A stretch of 64,000 nt of DNA from an uncultured Lachnospiraceae bacterium (GCA_900317755.1 ONHZ01000008.1:14832-78831); one strand, 5' to 3'; counted from the stretch's first letter, positions 54,819 through 62,749 are shown. Numbers and translations are program-made. The notes: generated from the sequence alone by a model not told the origin.

Positions 54819-55127
54819 ATGAGCAGCGTAGATTTATCCAAAGTTTCAGATGATGATCTGATTGCTGAACTTCATAGACGAGGAAAATTTGTAACAATAT
54901 TGTCAATGGCAACAGATGACAGATTTATTGCATATAAGACATGGGATAAAGCCGATTTTATTGACATGGCTATTGAAGAAAATGTTCCTGATGATATTTT
55001 TAACGATGTAGTAAATAATGCCTTAAAATATGGTAAAGCTTTGCATGAATGCAATGATTATGACTGGGACTGTATAAGAAATGCAATCCAAATGTCACAG
55101 GATGAAATATGTGCAAATAAAAGTTAA
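54819..55127 (+). CDS. hypothetical acidic 102-aa protein, first gene of the RM island
   Basis: About 21 D/E against about 11 K/R by my count. GGGGGA RBS. I recognised no HTH. Confidence 0.6.
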   Translation: MSSVDLSKVSDDDLIAELHRRGKFVTILSMATDDRFIAYKTWDKADFIDMAIEENVPDDIFNDVVNNALKYGKALHECNDYDWDCIRNAIQMSQDEICANKS

Positions 55128-55139
55128 TTAACCTTCAAT

Positions 55140-55577
55140 ATGGATGTTCTTACAAAAGCCCAACGCCGCAAAGCCATGCAGCATATCCGCGGCAAGGATA
55201 CAAGCATTGAAGTAAAACTGAGAAAAGCCTTGTGGCATAAAGGTTATAGATATAGAAAAAATTATAAAAAGCTGCCTGGCTCACCTGATATTGCAATCAC
55301 AAAATATAAGATTGCCATATTCTGCGACAGTGAATTTTTTCATGGCAAAGATTTTAGCGAAAAGAAGGAAAAAATACAAAACGGAACCCATGGTGATTAT
55401 TGGGTAAATAAAATCGATGCAAATATTGAACGTGATTTGCGAACAGATAAAGATTTGGCTTCTTTAGGCTGGACAGTCCTTCACTTCTGGGGAGGAGAAA
55501 TAAACAAAAACCTGGATGAATGCGTAAAGACTGTAGAGGAAGAAATATTTAAGAAAAAAATTGAGGGAGACAAATAA
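55140..55577 (+). CDS. vsr: very short patch repair endonuclease
   Basis: RRKAMQHIRGKDTSIEVKLRKALWHKGYRYRKN ... PDIAI ... IFCDSEFFHG is a typical Vsr sequence. Confidence 0.9.
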   Translation: MDVLTKAQRRKAMQHIRGKDTSIEVKLRKALWHKGYRYRKNYKKLPGSPDIAITKYKIAIFCDSEFFHGKDFSEKKEKIQNGTHGDYWVNKIDANIERDLRTDKDLASLGWTVLHFWGGEINKNLDECVKTVEEEIFKKKIEGDK

Positions 55578-55578
55578 T

Positions 55579-56634
55579 ATGGATAAATACAACGCCATAG
55601 ACTTATTTTGCGGATGCGGTGGGCTATCATATGGTTTCCAACAAGCCGGATTTAATATATTGCTTGGTATAGATAATGATGCTAAAGCATTAGAAACATT
55701 TGAGTTAAATCATAAAGGTGCAAAATCTATTTGTGGGGATATTACCCAAATAACCTATAACGAAAATATCAAACCATTAATAGGTAATAAGACCATTGAT
55801 ATTATTATCGGAGGTCCACCATGTCAGGGCATGTCATTATCAGGATTTCGAAAACTGGATGATCCACGTAATAAACTTTATTTATCCTATATTAGGCTTG
55901 TGAAAGAAATTCAGCCCAAAGCTTTTGTTATTGAAAATGTACCTGGTCTAGTAGAACTATTTGGAGGGCAAATAAAGGACAGCATTATTGAAAAACTTCA
56001 ACAACTTGGATATGATGTCCAATATAAAATATTATTAGCATCAGATTATGGCGTACCACAAAATAGACGTAGGGTTGTTTTTGTAGGTGTAAAAAAAGGT
56101 GTATTTAGTTATCCTAATACCTCAAAAAAAATTGTGACCTGTAAAATGGCATTGTCCGATCTTCCACCATTAACTGATGAATTAGGGACCGAAGAACAAG
56201 ATTATTATACTGCCCCTACAAATGCATATCAAAAGCTAATGAGAATCAACTCTAAGAAGGTTTATAATCATATTGCAGCAAACCATTCCGAAAGAGTAAA
56301 GAAAATCATTTCTATGGTACCTGCTGGTGGAAATTATAAAGATCTACCTGAAGAATATCGTCACACAAGAAACTTTCATGTAGCTTGGACTAGATTTCCT
56401 GATGACAAGCCTGCCCCAACTATAGATACTGGTCACAGACATCATTTTCATTATGAATATAATCGTGTTCCAACTGTAAGAGAATGTGCAAGAATCCAGT
56501 CTTTCCCAGATGATTTTATCTTTCAAGGAAATAAAACCCAGCAGTTCAGACAAGTAGGAAATGCGGTTCCACCGATTATGGCAAAAGCAATTGCAGATTC
56601 AGTAAAGGATTGTTTGGATAAAAATTATGAGTGA
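55579..56634 (+). CDS. dcm: DNA (cytosine-5)-methyltransferase 1
   Basis: Motif I is DLFCGCGG, motif IV is GGPPCQGMS, motif VI is ENV, motif VIII is QNRRR, and motifs IX-X are RECARIQSFPDDF..GNAVPP. The ATG lies 1 nt after the vsr stop. Confidence 0.9.
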   Translation: MDKYNAIDLFCGCGGLSYGFQQAGFNILLGIDNDAKALETFELNHKGAKSICGDITQITYNENIKPLIGNKTIDIIIGGPPCQGMSLSGFRKLDDPRNKLYLSYIRLVKEIQPKAFVIENVPGLVELFGGQIKDSIIEKLQQLGYDVQYKILLASDYGVPQNRRRVVFVGVKKGVFSYPNTSKKIVTCKMALSDLPPLTDELGTEEQDYYTAPTNAYQKLMRINSKKVYNHIAANHSERVKKIISMVPAGGNYKDLPEEYRHTRNFHVAWTRFPDDKPAPTIDTGHRHHFHYEYNRVPTVRECARIQSFPDDFIFQGNKTQQFRQVGNAVPPIMAKAIADSVKDCLDKNYE

Positions 56635-58090
56635 ATACAAAATTCCAGAAGAATATTATTTCAGAATACATCATGTCAGACCACGTTTTAAAGGTGATAT
56701 TGAGAATGTACTTATTTTTGTTGCTGAAGAGATCTCAAGAATAGGTAAACTACCAAGGGACCAATTTGTTGAAGCAGTAGATAATGCTATATATAAATAT
56801 CCTGGAAATGCTCATAGGGAAATAAAGACAATAAATAACTGGCGTACTGAAATTTCTGCATTATTTGGTTTTATCGAACATGATGATGATAATGACAAAC
56901 CTGGGAAACGAGCTCTTGAACTAGCTGAGCATCAAGATTTGGTGCAGTTTTTTAAAATCTTTTTATATAATTTTCAATATCCCGGTGCGCATATTAAACC
57001 TTCAAGTGTTATTGAACAAATTAATGCAGGAATACATTTTAAACCCGCACAATATATACTAAAAGTATTACGATATGCAAATAAAAACGGTGGAAATGCA
57101 ATAGGCATTACTAAATTTGAAGCATGCCATTGTATTTTTAATGATCTTAGGGTAACTAGAGATAATGAAGGCGTAGAAAAAACCTGGGAACGAATATCGA
57201 AAAACAGAAAAAATCGTTATACATATGATCAAACAGGTGATGTAATCAGGTATGCCGGAGACATCATTGATTATATGGAAATTGCGAATCTATTAAAAAC
57301 TTATGATGGACGAACCTATTACCTAAATACCCTCGAAGAAGAAACTATTATCAAATTCTGTGAATCCAATGAATGGTTTGACGGATATGATACAATGATA
57401 AAGAATCGTTATGCTGACATTGATAGCGTAAAAAAATGTACTAATCCTTGGTTTACTTATGTAAATCGAAATATGGATAATACAGATTTCTCAACAGATA
57501 TTCTAGCATTTATTGCTGCAGATGAAGACGAATTAAATACTCTAAAATCAGCTACGGAACATACTGTTAATGCAAAATTAACAGATTTTATTAATCGAGA
57601 GGATGAATTCTCTAGAAGAATTGCATCTTATCAAGATGAATTTACAACTAAAGATATTGGGGATATAGGAGAAGGCCTTGTACATGGGCATGAATGTATG
57701 AGAGTAAAATTAGGCGGTAGAGAAGATCTAATACATCTAATAAAACGTATCCCAACACAATTTGCAGTAGGATATGATATTGGCTCTGTTGAACTTGATG
57801 GGCGCAAGCGTTTTATTGAAGTAAAGACAACGATTAGTTCAAAGCCTTTACACTTTAATAAAGTTCATCTTACTTCAAATGAATGGAATACTGCAAGCAG
57901 TACACATGACCGATATTTTATTTATAGATTAATGATAAGCAAAAATGAGAGAAAACTATTTCTCTTACAGGACCCAGTCGGTCTTTATAAACAAGACAAA
58001 ATAGAAATGGTTCCACAAGATGGAGCTGATATTACATTTGATCCAAACAAAGTCGGAACTTTTGAGGAGCTATTAACATGGAAAAATTGA
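56627..58090 (+). CDS. putative restriction endonuclease with a C-terminal PD-(D/E)xK (DUF3883/NOV_C-like) domain
   Basis: VGYDIGSVELDGRKRFIEVKTT fits D...ExK, and DRYFIYRL is typical of DUF3883-like domains. It overlaps both flanking MTase genes. Confidence 0.6.
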   Translation: MSEYKIPEEYYFRIHHVRPRFKGDIENVLIFVAEEISRIGKLPRDQFVEAVDNAIYKYPGNAHREIKTINNWRTEISALFGFIEHDDDNDKPGKRALELAEHQDLVQFFKIFLYNFQYPGAHIKPSSVIEQINAGIHFKPAQYILKVLRYANKNGGNAIGITKFEACHCIFNDLRVTRDNEGVEKTWERISKNRKNRYTYDQTGDVIRYAGDIIDYMEIANLLKTYDGRTYYLNTLEEETIIKFCESNEWFDGYDTMIKNRYADIDSVKKCTNPWFTYVNRNMDNTDFSTDILAFIAADEDELNTLKSATEHTVNAKLTDFINREDEFSRRIASYQDEFTTKDIGDIGEGLVHGHECMRVKLGGREDLIHLIKRIPTQFAVGYDIGSVELDGRKRFIEVKTTISSKPLHFNKVHLTSNEWNTASSTHDRYFIYRLMISKNERKLFLLQDPVGLYKQDKIEMVPQDGADITFDPNKVGTFEELLTWKN

Positions 58091-59037
58091 AAGTAGCATC
58101 TTTATTCTGTGGCTGCGGAGGCACAGATGTAGGTCTCCTTGGAGATTTCAATTTTCTAAATAAATACTATGAATCTAATCAGGTAGAAATCGTTTATGCA
58201 AACGACATTGATGATAATGCATGCAAAATCTTTCAAAAGAACTTTGACATTACTCCTGATAACAGAGATATTCGAGAAGTTAAGTCTTCTGAATTGCCAG
58301 AATTTGATATTTTGACTGGTGGCTTTCCATGTCAATCATTTTCGATCGTTGCACAAAATCCCAAAAGATTGGGAATAAAAGATGATAGGGGAAAACTTTT
58401 TTTCGAAATGTGCAGAATTCTTCGTGACAGGCAGCCAAAATGTTTTATAGCTGAAAACGTCAAAGGAATTTTAACGGCGAATAATAAAGAAGCTTTTCCA
58501 TTGATAATAAAGGAATTTGAAGATAGCGGATACGATGTAAAATATTCGATATTAAATTCTGCAAACTTCGGAGTACCTCAAAAGAGAGAACGTGTTATTA
58601 TTGTCGGTTTTAGAAAAGACCTTAACATTGACTTTAAATTTCCAGAGGTACCTATTGAAAACGAAGATGATTATGTTCCTTTGCAGGAAGTAATCGATTC
58701 TGTTGTTGATGATAAATACTATTTTAGCGACAAGGCTGTTGCAGGTATGATGCGAAACAGAGACAGTATGAATAAGGGTAGAGCTCAAGATATTACAAAA
58801 CCATGCAATACTGTCGGAGCACATCTTGCAAAAGTATCACTAAACAGCACTGATCCAGTATTAAAAATTGGTGATAGATATAGAAGATTTACGCCTAGAG
58901 AAGTCGCACGCATCCAATCATTTCCTGAAAAATTTAGCCTGATTGGATCGGAAGGTGCACAATATCGTGCATTAGGTAATGCTATTCCACCTGTAATGCT
59001 CTGGTATGTTGCAAGAGCTGTGATATCAATAATATAA
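58078..59037 (+). CDS. DNA (cytosine-5)-methyltransferase 2
   Basis: SLFCGCGG, GGFPCQSFS, ENVKG, QKRERV, and REVARIQSFPEKF..GNAIPP. Confidence 0.9.
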   Translation: MEKLKVASLFCGCGGTDVGLLGDFNFLNKYYESNQVEIVYANDIDDNACKIFQKNFDITPDNRDIREVKSSELPEFDILTGGFPCQSFSIVAQNPKRLGIKDDRGKLFFEMCRILRDRQPKCFIAENVKGILTANNKEAFPLIIKEFEDSGYDVKYSILNSANFGVPQKRERVIIVGFRKDLNIDFKFPEVPIENEDDYVPLQEVIDSVVDDKYYFSDKAVAGMMRNRDSMNKGRAQDITKPCNTVGAHLAKVSLNSTDPVLKIGDRYRRFTPREVARIQSFPEKFSLIGSEGAQYRALGNAIPPVMLWYVARAVISII

Positions 59038-59048
59038 AGGAGAAATAA

Positions 59049-59966
59049 TTGGGTAGTCCGAAGGCAAAAACTGTAAAAATACTATTAGACGATGGGTCTC
59101 TTAATGGCATTATTAACATCGTTGATTCTAATTGGAATACTGGAGAAATGTATATCGCTCCAAGAATTTCAATTGATAAATTATTATCCTCGGAAGCATG
59201 TAATAAATTCGGAGTATATTTACTATTGTCTGAAGATAAAGTTTATGTTGGTCAATCTTCCGATCTAGCAAAAAGAGTCAAACAACACATAGCCGGTAAA
59301 AGCTGGTGGGAAAGAGTTCTAATATTAACAACTTCTGACGATAGTTTAACGCGCTCCGATATCGACTATCTTGAATATTATTTAATCCGAAAGGCAAAAA
59401 ATAGTAATAAACTTGACAACGAAAATAAAAACAAAGGTAATACTCCAAAAGTTGACAAGTTCAGAAAACCAGAATTGGAACAATATCTTGAGGAAGCCTT
59501 ATTTCTTATGGAGCTTATTGGCATTTCTGTATTTGCTGACAAAAACAAATCCAATAAATTGCCAAAGAAACCTACAAGCAAAAAACAACAAACAACAGAT
59601 TCAAATATCATAATAGAAAAAAAGAAACAGGCAGTTACTTTTCTCCAAGAAAAGGGATATTGCATTGGAAAAAATGTCAATTATGCTAAACTTCTGGAAA
59701 ATAATGACGTGTTTTGGATAAATTCTAGAATAGAAGTATTAACTAATGAATGGAACATTATCTTAAATGATCAGCCCTCTCACACAATAACTTATCTCAA
59801 AGTGCCGCCAAATACATTTCATATTACAAACAATGTCGAAGAATATGGATTATTTTTGAGAAACGACAAACCATCACTTGACATAAATATTCAAAATAAA
59901 TCCTATATCGAACGAAGAAGCAAATGTGACTTCTCTAAATATATTATTGCAACCATAAAATATTGA
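59049..59966 (+). CDS. GIY-YIG nuclease family protein with a C-terminal extension (DUF4357-like architecture)
   Basis: GVYLLLSEDKVYVGQSSDLAKRVKQH ... DIDYLEYYLIRKA gives the GIY-YIG core. It uses a TTG start 6 nt after AAGGAG. Confidence 0.7.
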   Translation: MGSPKAKTVKILLDDGSLNGIINIVDSNWNTGEMYIAPRISIDKLLSSEACNKFGVYLLLSEDKVYVGQSSDLAKRVKQHIAGKSWWERVLILTTSDDSLTRSDIDYLEYYLIRKAKNSNKLDNENKNKGNTPKVDKFRKPELEQYLEEALFLMELIGISVFADKNKSNKLPKKPTSKKQQTTDSNIIIEKKKQAVTFLQEKGYCIGKNVNYAKLLENNDVFWINSRIEVLTNEWNIILNDQPSHTITYLKVPPNTFHITNNVEEYGLFLRNDKPSLDINIQNKSYIERRSKCDFSKYIIATIKY

Positions 59967-59988
59967 TAACACTACTATAAAATAATAG

Positions 59989-60381
59989 ATGAAAATCGTT
60001 CACGTCGTTGCCGCCATCATCATAAAAGACAACAAAATATTTGCAACCCAGCGGGGTTATGGAGAATTCAAGGATGGATGGGAATTTCCTGGTGGAAAAA
60101 TCGAAGCGGGTGAAACACCTGAGGAAGCACTGAAGCGTGAAATCCGTGAGGAACTAAATACCGAAATTTCCGTTGATGAATTCTTTATAAATATTGAATA
60201 TGACTATCCGGCATTTCATCTATCAATGAAGTGCTATCTCTGCCATGTGCTTTCCGGAAAGCTCGAATTACTCGAGCATGAAAATGCAAAGTGGCTTTCA
60301 AAGAATGAGCTTGACTCTGTCGACTGGCTGCCTGCGGATGCGGAAATCATTGAGAAGCTGAAGATTTCTGAAATTAACTGA
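59989..60381 (+). CDS. NUDIX hydrolase (MutT/NudG-like (d)NTP pyrophosphohydrolase)
   Basis: Nudix box GGKIEAGETPEEALKREIREELN. Confidence 0.85.
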   Translation: MKIVHVVAAIIIKDNKIFATQRGYGEFKDGWEFPGGKIEAGETPEEALKREIREELNTEISVDEFFINIEYDYPAFHLSMKCYLCHVLSGKLELLEHENAKWLSKNELDSVDWLPADAEIIEKLKISEIN

Positions 60382-60410
60382 CAGCGTGGATTTCATATTG
60401 ACCACAACAA

Positions 60411-60470
60411 AAATAATTAAGAATAATAAAGAATGATAAAGAATAATAAAAGAAAATAAAAATGATAAAA
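60411..60470. repeat. six tandem 10-bp A-tract units
   Basis: AAATAATTAA GAATAATAAA GAATGATAAA GAATAATAAA AGAAAATAAA AATGATAAAA, read directly from the sequence. Confidence 0.85.
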
Positions 60471-60473
60471 ATA

Positions 60474-60795
60474 TTATTCTCCCTCGAATACCCTGTATTC
60501 CTTCTTTTCTCCATCTTTTTCAACTACCAGAACCAGGTCGCCGTAGGTCGCAGTGCCAAAATTCACCCTGTCGGTGCCATTGTCGTCCAGAACATAATAT
60601 AGATATGACTTCCTGAGCTTCAGCTTTCAATTTCTTTTCATGTTCTTCATTTTTTATCGCAAAAATTCCTATTACCGCTGCCGCTGCCAGGACTACAATA
60701 ATAATTATAATCCACCATTTATTATTTGATTTTTCCTGTACAGACTGAGATATATATGCTGATTCAACATTCCCGATGACTACTTTGTCTTCCAT
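60474..60795 (-). pseudogene. small membrane-anchored protein interrupted by a frameshift
   Basis: Frame 1 gives MEDKVVIGNVESAYISQSVQEKSNNKWWIIIIIVVLAAAAVIGIFAIKNEEHEKKLKAEAQEV and then junk. A second frame continues YYVLDDNGTDRVNFGTATYGDLVLVVEKDGEKKEYRVFEGE to TAA at 60474. The switch lies near 60590-60610. Confidence 0.5.
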
Positions 60796-60981
60796 AGCAA
60801 TCCCCTTAATAAATCCCAAGTAAAAGATTTTCCCTCATGCCGCAACAAAGCCGGTCAATTATTAATATAAAGAGCAAAAAATATACTGTCAAGAAAATGT
60901 AAAAATTATTTTTTCATATTTTCAAATCTGTAAGAAAAGTGTAGAATAAATAATAGTGTTATTTTCCGAAGGAGGAAATTT

Positions 60982-61671
60982 ATGATATGTCCAAATTGTC
61001 ACAGTGAGATTTCTGATACGAGCCTTTTCTGCCCGGTCTGCAATTTCCAGATTGTGAGTGCTACAGGTATACCGAATACGCCGAATAATTCTTACAGCCA
61101 GCCTTTTGTACAGAATATGTCTGGTCAGCCACAGAATGGAAACTTCCAAAATATGTCAGGTCAGCCGCAGAATCCAAATCCGCAGAATTTTTCAAATAAT
61201 CCACAGGCAGATATGATGAACGATCAGATTCTGTCAGATGAGGCACCATATCAGAACGCACCTCAAAGCAATATGTATGGTACTCCGCAGGGAAATCCAT
61301 ATGGTCCGCAGTATTCTGGTGCTCCTCAGGGAAATCCATATGGTACCGCTCCACAGTATTCGAACATACCGCCACAGGGCAATATGTATGGTGCACAGAT
61401 TCCATATTATTCCCAGAATAATACAGGTGAGGGAAAAGCCACGGCCGCACTGGTAATTGGAATTATCTCCCTTTCAACGTGCTGGGTACCATTTGTTGGT
61501 CTCATATTCTCAATTATCGGCCTCATCCTTTCAGCAACAAGCAAGAATTCCGATGGAACCAAACCTACCCCGGCAATTGTCGGATTAGTGCTTTCTATTC
61601 TGTCAATTATCGTTGCTGCAATAATAACTATTATTGTAATTTGTTTTATCGTCGGACTTGCATCGTGGTGA
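60982..61671 (+). CDS. zinc-ribbon protein with a Q/P/N/G-rich repeat region and a C-terminal DUF4190-like membrane domain
   Basis: CPNCHSEI...CPVC zinc ribbon, QNMSGQPQN and PQGNPYG repeats, and two C-terminal TM helices. Confidence 0.75.
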   Translation: MICPNCHSEISDTSLFCPVCNFQIVSATGIPNTPNNSYSQPFVQNMSGQPQNGNFQNMSGQPQNPNPQNFSNNPQADMMNDQILSDEAPYQNAPQSNMYGTPQGNPYGPQYSGAPQGNPYGTAPQYSNIPPQGNMYGAQIPYYSQNNTGEGKATAALVIGIISLSTCWVPFVGLIFSIIGLILSATSKNSDGTKPTPAIVGLVLSILSIIVAAIITIIVICFIVGLASW

Positions 61672-61678
61672 TATTTGG

Positions 61679-62218
61679 TCAGGAATAGTCAAACCTGCTA
61701 AATTTCCCATGATTCGGCAGAACATCTCGGATTGCGCAGATCGTGTCAGCAAGATCAAGAATCCAGCCTTCTCTCGACGTTGGGGTAAGCGGCGTTGCCG
61801 GCCACATGTGGCGTGAAATCATCCTGCTCAGATGCTTTGACATATCTGGGTACAGCATCTTTGCAATCTTCACTGAATCATGCGGATGCGCTAACCAGCA
61901 GACGAAATTGTTCGGATATTTTTCATGCCGACCTATGATGCCGAGATCATGACAAAGAGAACCTTTGATGAGTTCTTCACGGTCAATCTTTATTCCATGA
62001 CTTTCAAGAACATCAGAAATATGGAGTGCCTCTTCCGTAACTTCCAGCGTATGTCTTCCGACTGTAGATGTCCCATGATGAACCTGACCACAGCCTTCCT
62101 TAAAAATCTCTGAATCAAGGACTACTCGTCCAACCTCTTTTATCTCAAGAAGGTTTCGATAATCCTCTGAAAACATGGAAGAATCCCCTTCAAATGTATT
62201 ATTTTCAAAATCTTCCAT
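61679..62218 (-). CDS. HD domain phosphohydrolase
   Basis: HHGTSTVGRHTLEV ... LCHDLG gives the H...HD signature. Confidence 0.75.
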   Translation of the reverse strand: MEDFENNTFEGDSSMFSEDYRNLLEIKEVGRVVLDSEIFKEGCGQVHHGTSTVGRHTLEVTEEALHISDVLESHGIKIDREELIKGSLCHDLGIIGRHEKYPNNFVCWLAHPHDSVKIAKMLYPDMSKHLSRMISRHMWPATPLTPTSREGWILDLADTICAIRDVLPNHGKFSRFDYS

Positions 62219-62499
62219 CAGCCAATCTCCATAAGGAACATTTCATAATAATCATCCTGTCCGTCGAGTACCGGTGCATTCTCACCACCGCCATTCGTGG
62301 ATCTCTTCATCGTAGAATACATTTCCTCGCCGACTTCTACGACATCCATCGGATAAAGCTCTATTCCATGCTCCGTAGCAATCTTACAGAAAGCATCGAG
62401 TGGGCTCTTCTCATTCTTTGTATCAAGCAGTTCCTTGCGAACTGTTTCATCCTTCATCGCAAGCTTTTTTAGTTCATCTAATTTCTCAAGTGTATCCAT
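62218..62499 (-). CDS. Nif11-like domain protein
   Basis: LKKLAMKDETVRKELLDTKNEKSPLDAFCKIATEHGIEL resembles the Nif11 N-terminal domain. Start at 62499 behind GAGGTG, and the stop overlaps the HD gene start (TGATG). Confidence 0.5.
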   Translation of the reverse strand: MDTLEKLDELKKLAMKDETVRKELLDTKNEKSPLDAFCKIATEHGIELYPMDVVEVGEEMYSTMKRSTNGGGENAPVLDGQDDYYEMFLMEIG

Positions 62500-62711
62500 A
62501 TTTTCACCTCTGTTCACAGATTCGGTGACGGTCACTTAAAAATTTTTCAATGAAGCAGGTATAGCTCATTGCCTGTCCGGTTCATTTGAACAAAATGACG
62601 CCACCAGATCTGACGTCATTGTCAAATACAAATATTTTTTTTACTGACAGCTTTCAAAACAGACTGCCACATAAAACTTTCTATATTTTATATCTGAAAA
62701 CAGAAAAGTTC

Positions 62712-62749
62712 AACATCAAAAGAGCTATGTAAATTGTATTTACATAGCT
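62712..62749 (-). terminator. rho-independent terminator downstream of rlmD
   Basis: Perfect 11-bp stem AGCTATGTAAA / TTTACATAGCT followed by CTTTTGATG on the minus strand. Confidence 0.6.

Noticed and set aside
54717-59988. RM island as a discrete mobile element
   Set aside because: I could see no flanking direct repeats, integrase, transposase or tRNA target. Only the compositional shift, judged by eye, and the tight insertion between pucR and the NUDIX gene suggest horizontal origin.
61061-61450. 129-aa minus-strand ORF and the plus-strand ORF 61238-61456 inside the Q/P-rich gene
   Set aside because: They are frame shadows created by the repetitive CAG/CCA-rich DNA. The zinc-ribbon frame has an RBS and a coherent domain order.
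62218-62499. Nif11-like protein as a RiPP precursor
   Set aside because: There are no Cys/Ser/Thr-rich core, no lanthionine synthetase, no cyclodehydratase, no radical-SAM enzyme and no peptidase-domain ABC exporter in the window. The only link is to an HD hydrolase.
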